DNA of 64,000 nt from Callorhinchus milii (lineage: Eukaryota): contig NW_024704742.1 in the NCBI RefSeq assembly GCF_018977255.1, positions 72,170,001-72,234,000 of the forward strand, given 5' to 3'. The notes under the pieces were generated by a model. It had not been told where the DNA came from. It saw only the letters and a list, made by a program, of their open reading frames with translations, and made no database searches. Within the stretch, counting starts at the first letter, position 1; the number at the start of each line of letters is the position of its first letter. The position numbers and the translations under genes were made by a program. Positions 11,807 through 23,004 of the stretch are shown here, piece by piece.

Positions 11807-14170
11807 CCTGTGTTGGGGCTGTGCTGGTGCTGTGTTAATGCTGTGCTGGTGTTGGTGCTGTGTTGTGGCTGTGCTGGTGATGTGTTGGGGCTGTGCTGGT
11901 GCTGTGTTAATGCTGTGCTGGTGTTGTGTTGTGGCTGTGCTGGTGATGTGTTGGGGCTGTGCTGAACTGTGTTGGGTCTGTGCTGGTGCTGGGCTGTATT
12001 TGGGCTGCATTGGGTCTGCACTGCATTGGGTTTTTTGGGTCTGTGCAGGGGCTGTATTGCGGCTGTGCTGGTGCTGTGTTGGATCTGTGCTGGTGCTGTA
12101 TTGGGGCTGTGCTGGCCCTGTATTGGGGCTGTATTGTGGCTTTGTTGGTGCTGTATTGGGGTTTTATTGGGTCTGTGCTGGTGCTGTATTGGGTTTGTGC
12201 TGGTGCTGTGTTGCGTCTGTGCTGGTGCTGTACTCGGTCTGCGTTGGGTTTGTGCAGGTGCTATATTGGGGCTGTGCTGGTGCTGTGTTGGGGCTGTGCT
12301 GGTGCTGTGTTGGGGCTGTGCTTTGCTGGCACTGTGTTGGAGCTCTGCTGTGCTAGTGCTGGTGCTGTGTTGGAGCTCTGCTGTGCTAGTGCTGTATTGG
12401 GGCTGTGCTGGTGCTGTGTTGGGACTGGTGCTGTGTTGGGGCTGTGCTGTGCTGGCACTGTGTTGGAGCTCTGCTGTGCTGGTGCTGTGTTGGGGCTTTG
12501 CTGGTGCTGTGTTGGAGCTCTGCTGTGCTGGTGCTGTGTTGGGGCTGTGCTGGTGCTGTGTTGGAGCTCTGCTGGTGCTGTGTTTGAGCTCTGCTGGTGC
12601 TGTGTTGGAGCTCTGCTGTGCTAGTGCTGTGCCGGTGCTGTGTTGGGGCTGTGCTGTGCTGGTGCTGTGTTGGAGCTCTGCTGGTGCTGTGTTGGCGTTG
12701 TGCTATGCTGGTGCTGTGTTGGGGCTGTGTTATGCTGGTGCTGTGTTGGGGCTGTGCTGTGCTGGTGCTGTGTTGGAGCTCTGCTGGTGCTGTGTTGGAG
12801 CTCTGCTGGTGCTGTGTTGGAGCTCTGCTGTGCTAGTGCTGTGCCGGTGCTGTGTTGGGGCTGTGCTGTGCTGGTGCTGTGTTGGGGCTCTGCTGGTGCT
12901 GTGTTGGAGCTCTGCTGGTGCTGTGTTGGGGTTGTGCTATGCTGGTGCTGTGTTGGGGCTGTGTTATGCTGGTGCTGTGTTGGGGCTGTGCTGTGTTGGT
13001 GCTGTGTTGGAGCTCTGCTGGTGCTGTGTTGGAGCTCTGCTGGTGCTGTGTTGGAGCTCTGCTGTGCTAGTGCTGTGCCGGTGCTGTGTTGGGGCTGTGC
13101 TGTGCTGGTGCTGTGTTGGGGCTCTGCTGGTGCTGTGTTGGAGCTCTGCTGGTGCTGTGTTGGAGCTCTGCTGTGCTAGTGCTGTGCCGGTGCTGTGTTG
13201 GGGCTGTGCTGGTGCTGTGTTGGGGCTCTGCTGGTGCTGTGTTGGAGCTCTGCTGGTGCTGTGTTGGAGCTCTGCTGGTGCTGTGTTGGAGCCCTGCTGT
13301 GCTAGTGCTGTGCCGGTGCTGTGTTGGGGCTGTGCTGTGCTGGTGCTGTGTTGGGGCTCTGCTGGTGCTGTGTTGGAGCTCTGCTGTGCTAGTGCTGTGT
13401 TGGGGCTCTGCTGTGCTAGTGCTGTGTTGGGGCTCTGCTGGTGCTGTGTTGGAGCTCTGCTGTGCTGTGTTGGGGCTCTGCTGGTGCTATGTTGGGGCTG
13501 TGCTGTGCTGGTGCTGTGTTGGAGTTCTGCTGTGCTAGTGCTGTGTTGGGGCTCTGCTGTGCTAGTGCTGTGTTGGAGCTCTGCTGGTGCTGTGTTGGAG
13601 CTCTGCTGTGCTGTGTTGGGGCTCTGCTGGTGCTATGTTGGGGCTGTGCTGTGCTAGTGCTGTGTTGGAGCTCTGCTGGTGCTGTGTTGGAGCTCTGCTG
13701 TGCTGTGTTGGGGCTCTGCTGGTGCTATGTTGGGGCTGTGCTGTGCTAGTGCTGTGTTGGAGCTCTGCTGGTGCTGTGTTGGAGCTCTGCTGTGCCGGTG
13801 CTGTGTTGGAGCTCTGCTGTGCTGGTGCTGTGTTGGGGCTCTGCTGGTGCTGTGTTGGAGCTCTGCTGTGCTAGTGCTGTGTTGGGGCTCTGCTGTGCTA
13901 GTGCTGTGTTGGAGCTCTGCTGGTGCTGTGTTGGAGCTCTGCTGTGCTAGTGCTGTGTTGGGGCTCTGCTGTGCCGGTGCTGTGTTGGAGCTCTGCTGTG
14001 CCGGTGCTGTGTTGGAGCTCTGCTGTGCCGGTGCTGTGTGGGGGCTGTGCTGTGTTGGAGCTCTGCTGTGCTGTGTTGGGGCTCTGCTGGTGCTGTGTTG
14101 GTGCTGTGTGGGGGCTGTGCTGGTGCTGTGCTGGTGCTGTGTTGGGGCTCTGCTGGTGCTGTGTTGTGTT
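11807..14170. repeat. Large TG-rich minisatellite ((gctg)gtgctgtgttgg(a/g)gctct units)
   Basis: About 2.4 kb of tandem 21-26 nt variants that become more homogeneous toward the right. Confidence 0.95.
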
Positions 14171-14196
14171 GAGCAGTGCGCAGGCGCGTTGCTGTG

Positions 14197-14552
14197 ATGG
14201 TGGTGCCTGGCGGCCGCGCGCTGTGGCGGTTGGTGCGGGTGTGGGCGCGGGTGCGGGTGCGGGTGGGGTCGGGGGCCGAGCCCGGGGCGGGGGCGGGGGC
14301 GCGGGGCCTGGCGCTCGGGCTCGGCCTGGGGCTGGGGCTGGGGTCGGCGTTGCTGTGGGCCCAGAGCCGGGGGCTGGAGCTGGGGGGGGACGCGCGGCCC
14401 CGGGGCCCAGGCCCCGCTGCCCGCCGGCTGCTCCCCGCCCTCCTCGCCGCCCAACCCGTGCGGCCCGACAGCCCGCGACACCGCTACAACTTCATCGCTG
14501 ATGTGGTGGAGAAAACAGGACCCGCAGTGGTCTCCATAGAGATCCTGGGCAG
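14197..14552 (+). CDS. HTRA2: HTRA2 (mitochondrial serine protease Omi), exon 1
   Basis: Arg-rich targeting-like N-terminus, hydrophobic segment ([17 protein letters not shown]), then [30 protein letters not shown] (human: [28 protein letters not shown]). Phase-2 AG|GTGAGA donor. Confidence 0.92.
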
Positions 14553-14569
14553 GTGAGAGGGCCTGAGGG

Positions 14570-16164
14570 GCGGCACCGGGTACACACAGGGCCATACCGG
14601 GTACACACAGGGTACACACAGGGCCATACCGGGTACACACCGGGTACACACAGGGCGGCACCGGGTACACACAGGGTACACACAGGGCCATACCGGGTAT
14701 ACACAGGGCCATACCGGGTACACACCGGATACACACAGGGCCATACCGGGTATACACAGGGTATACACAGGGCCATACCGGGTACACACAGGGTATACAC
14801 AGGGCCATACCGGGTACACACAGGGTATAATACACAGGGCGGCACAGGGTACACACAGGGTACACACAGGGCGGCACCGGGTACACACAGGGTACACACG
14901 GGGTATACACAGGGCCATACCGGGTACACACAGGGCCATACCGGGTATACACAGGGCCATACCGGGTACACACAGGGCCATACCGGGTACACACAGGGTA
15001 TACACAGGGCGGCACCGGGTACACACAGGGCCAAACCGGGTACACACAGGGCCAAACCGGGTACACACAGGGCCATACCGGGTACACACAGGGCCATACC
15101 GGGTACACACAGGACCATACCGGGTACGTACAGGGCCATACCGGGTATGTACAGGGCCATACTGGGGTAATACACGGGGTGATGCTGGGGTATACACAGG
15201 GTGATGCTGGGGTATACACAGGGTGATGCTGGGGTATATACAGGGCGATGCTGGGGTATATACAGGGCGATGCTGGGGTATACACAGGGTGATGCTGGGG
15301 TATACACAGGGTGATGCTGGGGTATACACAGGGTGATGCTGGGGTATACACAGGGTGATGCTGGGGTATACACAGGGTGATGCTGGGGTATACACAGGGT
15401 GATGCTGGGGTATACACAGGGTGATGCTGGGGTATGTACAGGGTGATGCTGGGGTATACACAGGGTGATGCTGGGGTATACACAGGGTGATGCTGGGGTA
15501 TATACAGGGTGATGCTGGGGTATACACAGGGTGATGCTGGGGTATATACAGGGTGATGCTGGGGTATGTACAGGGTGATGCTGGGGTATACACAGGGTGA
15601 TGCTGGGCGTATGTACAGGGTGATGCTGGGTATACACAGGGTGATGCTGGGGTATATACAGGGTGATGCTGGGGTATACACAGGGTGATGCTGGGGTATA
15701 TACAGGGTGATGCTGGGGTATACACAGGGTGATGCTGGGGTATATACAGGGTGATGCTGGGGTATATACAGGGTATGCTGGGGTATATACAGGGTGATGC
15801 TGGGGTATACACAGGGTGATGCTGGGGTATACACAGGGTGATGCTGGGGTATACACAGGGTGATGCTGGGGTATACACAGGGTGATGCTGGGGTATACAC
15901 AGGGTGATGCTGGGGTATGTACAGGGTGATGCTGGGGTATACACAGGGTGATGCTGGGGTATACACAGGGTGATGCTGGGGTATACACAGGGTGATGCTG
16001 GGGTATATACAGGGTGATGCTGGGGTATACACAGGGTGATGCTGGGGTATATACAGGGTGATGCTGGGGTATGTACAGGGTGATGCTGGGGTATACACAG
16101 GGTGATGCTGGGGTATGTACAGGGTGATGCTGGGGTATACACAGGGTGATGCTGGGGTATACAC
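14570..16164. repeat. Compound minisatellite in HTRA2 intron 1: 21-nt GGGCCATACCGGGTACACACA, then 22-nt GGGTGATGCTGGGGTATACACA
   Basis: Tandem units read directly; unit switch at about 15165. The 836/590/498-aa ORFs are its periodic translation. Confidence 0.95.
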
Positions 16165-17390
16165 TGGAATAGTGGTGACAAAGGCATGGGCGAGGATCTC
16201 AGCTGCATTGGTTGCAAGGTACTGATAGAAGTGGGCAATTTGATGGAGTTGGGCAATTTGACGGAGGTGGAAGAAAGCGGTCCTTGTCAGGGAATGGATG
16301 TGAGGAAAGCTGGGGATCGAACCTAACGTCTAAGTTGCAAATGGGTTCGGTGAGTCTGAGGGAGAGCCCTGGGCGGTTGAGGAGTTCAGACCTGCAGGAG
16401 AGAAGACGTTGACGGGAGCCAAAGAGTATGGTTTCCGTCTTTCTGACATTCAGCTGCAGGAAATTTGCACTCATCTGGGCCTTGATGTCTGTCAAACAAG
16501 CTGACAGGACATCAGTGGACTGAGAGTCACAGCTGGAGAAGTAGATTTGAGTGTCATCCACAGTGGGCAGAGGAGGGGGAGTTGAGTGACCAAAAGCTGG
16601 GTGGGCAGGGGGTCAAAGCAGCAAGTGGTGGGTTTCATCTGGGTGATGGTGGGGGAAAGGGAGGAAAGAGAGATGGGGGCAAAGGAGTGCAGGGTGGGGG
16701 CCGTGGTAGGAGCTGTGGTAGGAGGGGAGGGTGATGAAGGAGGTATGGGTGGGGGTGGTAGGCGACATGGGTGGGTGGAGGAGGAGATGGCAGCCAGGCA
16801 AATGTTATCTATCTTAGAGATAAAGAAGTCCAGGACCTCTTCGCACTTGGCATCCAAAGTGAGGATCGAGGATGCTTGAGAGGGGTCTTGGAGGAGATGA
16901 TGGGTCGTAGAGAATAGGATTTTGGGGTTGTTTTTGGCCTCGAGAATGTCCTGTGAGTATAACGTGGTTTAAGTTTGAGAAAGGGAGTGGATGTAGGTAT
17001 GAAGAAGCTGGAACCACAGCTGGCGGTGAACAGTGGGGCGAGTTTTGTGCCATCTGCACTTGAGCAACTGGGTTTGAGATTTGATGGAGCAGAGATGACT
17101 TTTGTACCAGAGGAAGCGGGTAGGCTTGGAGATGGACCTGGTTTTCAAGTGGACAAGGGAACTGAAGGTTGAGGAGAGGTGTTCGTTTAGCAGCTTGACA
17201 GCTGTGTCTGGATCATTGTGGGTGGAAGGCCAAAGGGAGAGAAGGTCTGAGGATGAGAGGGCGTTTGTGAGGGAGTTGGGGGAGGGGAAGCTTTTTCCAT
17301 GGGCACAAAAAGATCGTGAGGGCTTGGAGGAGGGCAGAGTGATACGAGAGGCGAGGGAGACGAGGAAGTAGTCGGAGATGTCTTGTCAGA
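16165..17390 (-). mobile_element. Degraded L2 LINE, cut abruptly at 16165
   Basis: Minus-strand [42 protein letters not shown], ending at the minisatellite. Confidence 0.85.
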
Positions 17391-17440
17391 CACTCACACA
17401 GACACACACACACAGACATGGGCACGCTGGCTGTACTCAC

Positions 17441-17635
17441 ATCGATGGTGGCGTCAGTCTGGATGTACTCCATGTTACTGTGACCCATGCCGAGCTCGCG
17501 GCTGCCTCTCTGCACTGAGCTGACGATGCCAGACGTGATTGTGTTCTGCAGAGCGAAGGGGCTGCCCATGGCCACCACAAACTCACCGTGACGCACGTCT
17601 GAGGACTGGCCCAACCCCAGCGTGGGCAGCGGTCT
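17441..17635 (-). CDS. HTRA2: HTRA2 exon 3 (inverted relative to exon 1)
   Basis: [65 protein letters not shown]; 195 nt; CAG acceptor and GTGAGT donor, phase 0/0. Confidence 0.95.
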
Positions 17636-17814
17636 CTGCAGGTCCCAACACACGGGGTCAGTCACAGGCTCGTTGTACCCACAACTAACCCCACTGGGTA
17701 AGAACAGGGGGAGAGAGAGAGCGAGCAACAGCACAGACATGATGGGGAGAGAGCAGTGAATGGGATTAGAATAGAGAGTTCAAATGGGGAGCGAGCACCA
17801 GCACAGACAGGATC

Positions 17815-18730
17815 ATAGCATCATAGAATTATACAGCACAGGAGGCCATTCAGCCCATCGTGTCTGTGTCGGCTCTTTGAAAAGAGCTGTCCAATTCAAT
17901 CCCACTCCCCTGCCCTCTCCCCATAGTCCTGCAAACCTGTCCACCCAAAATAATTATCTACTTATCTCTTGAAAGTTGTCAAATTGGCTTCCATCACCCT
18001 TTCAGGCAATGCATTCCAGATCCAAAAAACTTGTGTAAAAAAATTTCTCCTCCCCTCTGTTTCTTTTAACAACTAGTTTAAATCGGTGCCCTCGGGTTAC
18101 CGACCCACCCATCAGTGGAAATAGTTTCTCCTTGTTCACCCTATTAAATTCCCTCATAATTTTGAAAACTTCTATTAAGTCTAACGGTTTCTCCTCCAGC
18201 CCCCGCACTGTCACGTCTGGCGTCCCCCAGGACTCTGTCCTTGGCCCTCTCCTCTTTAATATCTACATGCTCCACCTTGGTGACATCATCCGCAGACATG
18301 GGGTCAACCTCCATATGTATGCAGATGACACCCAACTCTATCTTTCTGCATCCACCCTCAACTCCAGGACCACTGCTATCCTGACAGACTGCCTGTCGGA
18401 CATCAAGTCCTGGATGAGGGCAGATTTCCTACAGTTGAATGTGAACAAGACCGAGGCCCTCCTGATTGGCTCACACCAGCACCTCAGCACCTCGGGTCTG
18501 AAATACTGTACACTGTCCTCCCGACGTGAAAGGCGCTATACAAATGTAATCTTGTTGTTGTAATTAAGTCTCTTCTTAACCTTCTCTGCTCCAAGGAGAA
18601 TAATCCCAGCTTCTCTCACCTCTCCTGATAACTCAGGTCCTTCATTCCTGGTACCATCCTGGTAAATCTCTGCACCCTCTCCAATACCTTGACGTCCTTC
18701 CTGAAGTGTGATGCCCAGAACTGAACACAG
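17815..18730 (-). mobile_element. CR1 LINE 3' fragment carrying a nested L2 derivative (18183-18562, +)
   Basis: CR1 motifs ([18 protein letters not shown]) on the minus strand. Nested insert has [20 protein letters not shown] and an ATTAAGTCT target duplication. Confidence 0.85.
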
Positions 18731-18744
18731 TTCACGATATATCA

Positions 18745-19080
18745 CAATGGGGAGAGAGCTGGGAATGGGATTAGAGAACTCCAGTGGGGGAGCGATCACC
18801 AGCATAGACACAATGGGGAGAAGAGGGAATAGGATTAGAGTAGAGAACTCCAATGGGAAGAGGAGGGAATAGGATTAGAGAAGAGAACTCTAGTGAGGAG
18901 AGGAGAGGGAATAGGATTAGAGTAGAGAGCTCCAGTGGAGAGAGAGGAGAGGGAATAGGATTAGAGTAGAGAGCTCCAGTGGAGAGAGAGGAGGGAATAG
19001 GATTAGAGACTCCAGTAGGGAGAGAGGAGGGAATAGAATTAGAGTAGAGAGCTCCAGTGGGGAGCGAGGATGGGGAACGC
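18745..19080. repeat. Purine-rich tandem repeat (gggaataggattagagtagagagctccagtgg...); related copies at about 17720-17810, 57900-57935 and 60000-60170
   Basis: About 42-nt units visible directly. Confidence 0.75.
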
Positions 19081-19102
19081 TGGGAGAGGGCCACACCCTC
19101 AC

Positions 19103-19307
19103 CATGGGATTGATTTTGATGGTCGCAATGTCAGAGACTTGGTCCACATCCTGGACAGTGGCGTCATATGTTTCCCCGTCCGCCAGTCGCACTCGCACGC
19201 GCCTCTTGTTGGCCACCACATGAGCATTGGTCACGATCAGGCCGTCCTGCGTCACCAAGAAACCCGAGCCATTGGAGACCGGGATCTCACGCCCACTAAA
19301 TGGGTGC
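19103..19307 (-). CDS. HTRA2: HTRA2 exon 2 (catalytic His and Asp; inverted relative to exon 1)
   Basis: (R)[68 protein letters not shown]; 205 nt. Its phase-2 acceptor matches the exon 1 donor. Confidence 0.95.
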
Positions 19308-19397
19308 CTGAAAAACAACCCACATTAAAGGCTCTGAACAGCCAATTATACCACAGCTATGAACCACCAATCACACCGGACTGAGCTGTATCACTCT

Positions 19398-19640
19398 GTA
19401 TATACCCGAGTATCACTGTATATACCCCAGCATCACCCTGTGTATACCCCAGCATCACCCTGTACATACCCCAGCATCACCCTGTGTATACCCCAGCATC
19501 ACCCTGTACATACCCCAGCATCACCCTGTATATACCCCAGCATCACCCTGTGTATACCCCAGCATCACCCTGTGTATACCCCAGCATCACCCTGTATATA
19601 CCCCAGCATCACCCTGTGTATACCCCAGCATCACCCTGTA
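19398..19640. repeat. Reverse complement of the 22-nt intron-1 minisatellite, running into the gap
   Basis: tataccccagcatcaccctgtg units. Confidence 0.95.
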
Positions 19641-19665
19641 NNNNNNNNNNNNNNNNNNNNNNNNN
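19641..19665. other. Assembly gap
   Basis: 25 N. Confidence 1.
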
Positions 19666-20583
19666 CTGAAGGGGTTCGAATAATGAATGGGTGGAGAGGA
19701 AAGAGGCAGCTGGGAGGCACAACTCTTCAAGACCTTGGACAAGAAGGGGAGGTTGGAGATGGGCCGGTAGCTTGATAGCTGGACGCATCAAGGGAAGGTT
19801 TTTTCAAGTGGGAGTGATGGTGGCAGTTTTTAAGGGAATGGGAACTGAGTTACGGGATTCCACACTCTCACACACACACTCACTTTCTCTCTGACACACA
19901 CACACTCATTCTCACACTCGCTCTTACACAATGTCTCTCTGACTCACACTCAGTCTAGTGCCCTCTCTCTGTGTCTCTCAGCGTTTGTATTGCTTAGCCA
20001 GGTGTCTGACACATATGGAAACCCTCTCTGTGCAGCGCAATCTCCAAAACAATCTGAGTCCACATAAGTATGCCTCCTGCACATGGAAATCTCTGTCTGG
20101 AATGGAATGTGCTCTCTCTCCCTGGAGAGCCACACCTGCCTAATACCACACAGTATAACAGTACAGTATAAACTTCACATTTATAGGAATCCGGTTTGTT
20201 AGTCAATTGGGGATCGCTTTTCTGGGGTAATAATTCCCCCCCCCAAAAAAAATTGGTCATCAATCCATGACTGTTTGTGGGACATTGCTGTGCAATTGGC
20301 TGCCGCGTTCCCCACAAATATAACAGTCAATTCACTTTACAGTTATTCTGTGAAGCGCTTTGGACGTCCTCCGACTGAAAGCGCTATATCAAATCAAGGA
20401 TTATTATTATTATTATATAGCTCCTCTCACATTGGATGATGACCCAAAGCTGGAAACTCGAGTGAAGATGTGTGTGGGAGCTGTTAAAGTGAATTGACTG
20501 TATATTTTGTGGGCAAAACATGGCGGTGAATTGCGCACAGCGGTGCCCCACAAACAGTCGTGGATTGAAGTGACCAATTTATT
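19666..20583 (+). repeat. Direct duplicate of 24636-25579
   Basis: Colinear L2 piece, (CA/CT)n, unique sequence and SINE pieces in both places. Confidence 0.92.
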
Positions 20584-21945
20584 CAGGTTTCCGTGCTGCC
20601 CATAGCACAGAAACTGCCCTGGTCAAGGTCACCAATGACATCCTGACCATCTGTGACCAGGGCTCCCTCTGCCTCCTCATCCTCCTCGACCTATCGGCAG
20701 CATTCGATACGGTCGACCATGCTATCCTCCTCCACCGCTTGTCCTCCCACCTCAACCTTCAAGGCCCTGTCCTTGAGTGGTTTAGGTTGTACCTCTCCCA
20801 CCATCTTCACTTTGTTTCCACGAACGGCTTTTCCTCCAGCCCCCGCACTGTCTCGTGCGGTGTCCCTCAGGGCTCTGTCCTCGGGTCCCTCCTCTTCACC
20901 CTCTATATGCTCCCCTGTGGTGACATCATCCGCAGACATGGGGTTAACTTCCACATGTATGCGGATGACACCCAACTCTACCTTTCCTCCTCTACTCTCA
21001 ACTCCACGACCCCCGATGCCCTGACAGACTGCCTGTCCGACATCGAGTCCTGGACGAGAGACAACTTTCTTCAGCTCAACGTGCGTAAAACTGAGGTCCT
21101 CCTGATTGGCTCACGTCAGCGCCTCCGCACCTCAGGCGCTGACAGCATCAGCATCCAGGCTGCACTCTCCACCTCTCAAAGCCATCAGGAACCTCGGGTT
21201 CTGTTCGACCCTGAGCTGTCCTTTCTCCCTCATATCCGCACCACAACTGGCACCGCCTTCCATCACCTCCGGAATATCGCCAGATTACGGCACTACCTCA
21301 CCCCTCACGCTGCTGAAACCCTGGTTCACGCCTTTATCACCTCAAGGCTGGACTATGGGAACTCTCCCCTCGCCGGCCTTCCCGCCACCTCCCTCCACAC
21401 TGCAGGTCATTCAGACCTCTGCAGCTCGTGTACTGTCCCGCACCAGGCCTCGCGACCACTATCACTCCCACCCTCGCTCGCCTCCACTGGCTCCCCATCC
21501 CCCAGAGGATCGAATTCAAGATCCTCACCCTCACCTACAAGGCCATTCAGGCCTCGCTCCCTCCTACCTCTCCGACCTACTATCCCCTACCTACCTGCCC
21601 GTACCCTCCGTTCCTCTGGCTCCGTCTGCTCCACATCCCCCGCCCCAACCGCCCTACCATCGGTGGTCGGGCCTTCAGCCTCTCAGTCCCGAGGCTCTGG
21701 AACTCCATCCCCCAGTGCCTTGCCGCTTCCTCCCTTTCCTCCTTCAAGGCCGGTCTCAAGACCTTTCTCTTGACCGAGCCTTCAGCTCCCCTCTCGACTC
21801 TCTACCCCCTCCTCGCTCCCTCCCTTCCCTCCCCTCGACCATTTCCCCCCTCCCAATGCTCAGGTCTTGACCCAACTGTCCAGCGCCTTGGGACGTCCTC
21901 CCGACGTGAAAGGCGCTCTATAAATGGAATCTTGTTGTTGTTGTA
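20583..21945 (+). mobile_element. L2 LINE, 3' part (RT to tail)
   Basis: [42 protein letters not shown], 3' stem-loop and (TTG)n. Confidence 0.93.
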
Positions 21946-22464
21946 GAGCACTCCCAAGCGAGACCTGTTTTTGATTCCCGACAGGGCGAAACGTTGGGCA
22001 AGTTTCCTTACTCCACGCACCTTTGTTTACCAAGCAGTAAGTAAGAAACTGGTTGTTATTGGTCGATTGGCGGATTGCTTTTCTGGGGTAGAGAGTGTGT
22101 GTGTGTGAGGGAGAATGAGCATATGTGTGAGAGGGGGAGAGCATGTGGGTGTGTGAGAGGGAGTGTGTGTATTGTATGTGTGTTGCATGTGAGAGGGAGA
22201 GCAAGCCTGTGAATGTGCGTGAGTGTGTGTGTGAAAGAAAACAGCTTGTGTGTGTGTGTTTGCACTGACAATGCTACGCTCTCTCCCCCCATCAGTGCAC
22301 TGGAGCCTGAGGCTTGCCCGTGAGCTCAGAGTCCCTGCTGCGGCTGGCGGACCTGGAGTGAGGGAGAGCCTCTGGGTGTGACTCGGCCCCTGTGCAGTGC
22401 TGGCTGGGCTCTGACCTGCTGTGTGTAGCAGGGAGGGAGGTGAGGGGTTAACTGACAGCCTCAG

Positions 22465-22569
22465 AGTGGCCAATCACTTCTAGGTTTTACTTTCATTTCT
22501 CAATTCTTCCGCTCGGAGCCCGGTTCAGATCTGGTGACTGGCTGGTAACCAGCAACTGTGGAGTTTAAG
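22465..22569 (+). promoter_or_regulatory. Putative promoter and non-coding first exon of the TTC31-like gene (CCAAT, ISRE/IRF-like motif)
   Basis: CCAAT at about 22470, ACTTTCATTTC (GAAATGAAAGT on the other strand) at 22489-22499, strong AAG|GTGAGC donor at 22569/22570. Confidence 0.35.
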
Positions 22570-23004
22570 GTGAGCTGGTAACTAGTGGCTGTGTGGTAAC
22601 CCGGAGGAAGCTAGCCCCTCACATGAGGGACAGGGGAAAAGAGTGTGGGGGGGAGTGAGGAGTGGGTGAAGACTTGTGTGGAGTATAAACACTGGCACAG
22701 ACTGGTTGGGCCGAGTGGCCTGTTTCCGTGCTGTACAGTCTGTGGCCTTGGAGTTAAACTGAGCTGGTAACTGGCAGCTATAGCAATGCTTGCATTTGAT
22801 AAAGTGTCTTGTCGTCGAAACGTCTCAAAACGTTTCACAGGTTAAACTAAATTTAATTGACCGCAACTATGAAGTTAAGCTGAGCTGGTAACTAACAGCC
22901 ACGGAGTTAAATTGAGCTGGTAACTAGTTGGGGGTGGGGGTGGGGGGGGAGGGAGGGAACACTGGGTAAGCGGACGTTGATTGCCGGCTGATTTGGTGTA
23001 ACAG

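Noticed and set aside
11508..14197. Cys/Leu/Trp-rich ORFs up to 562 aa
   Set aside because: Translation of a TG-rich minisatellite.
15165..16164. CRISPR-like appearance of regular repeats
   Set aside because: Head-to-tail units with no unique spacers; vertebrate intron; no cas genes.
13654..16256. 836-, 590- and 498-aa minus-strand ORFs
   Set aside because: The same 22-aa period appears in all three frames, as expected from a 22-nt repeat.
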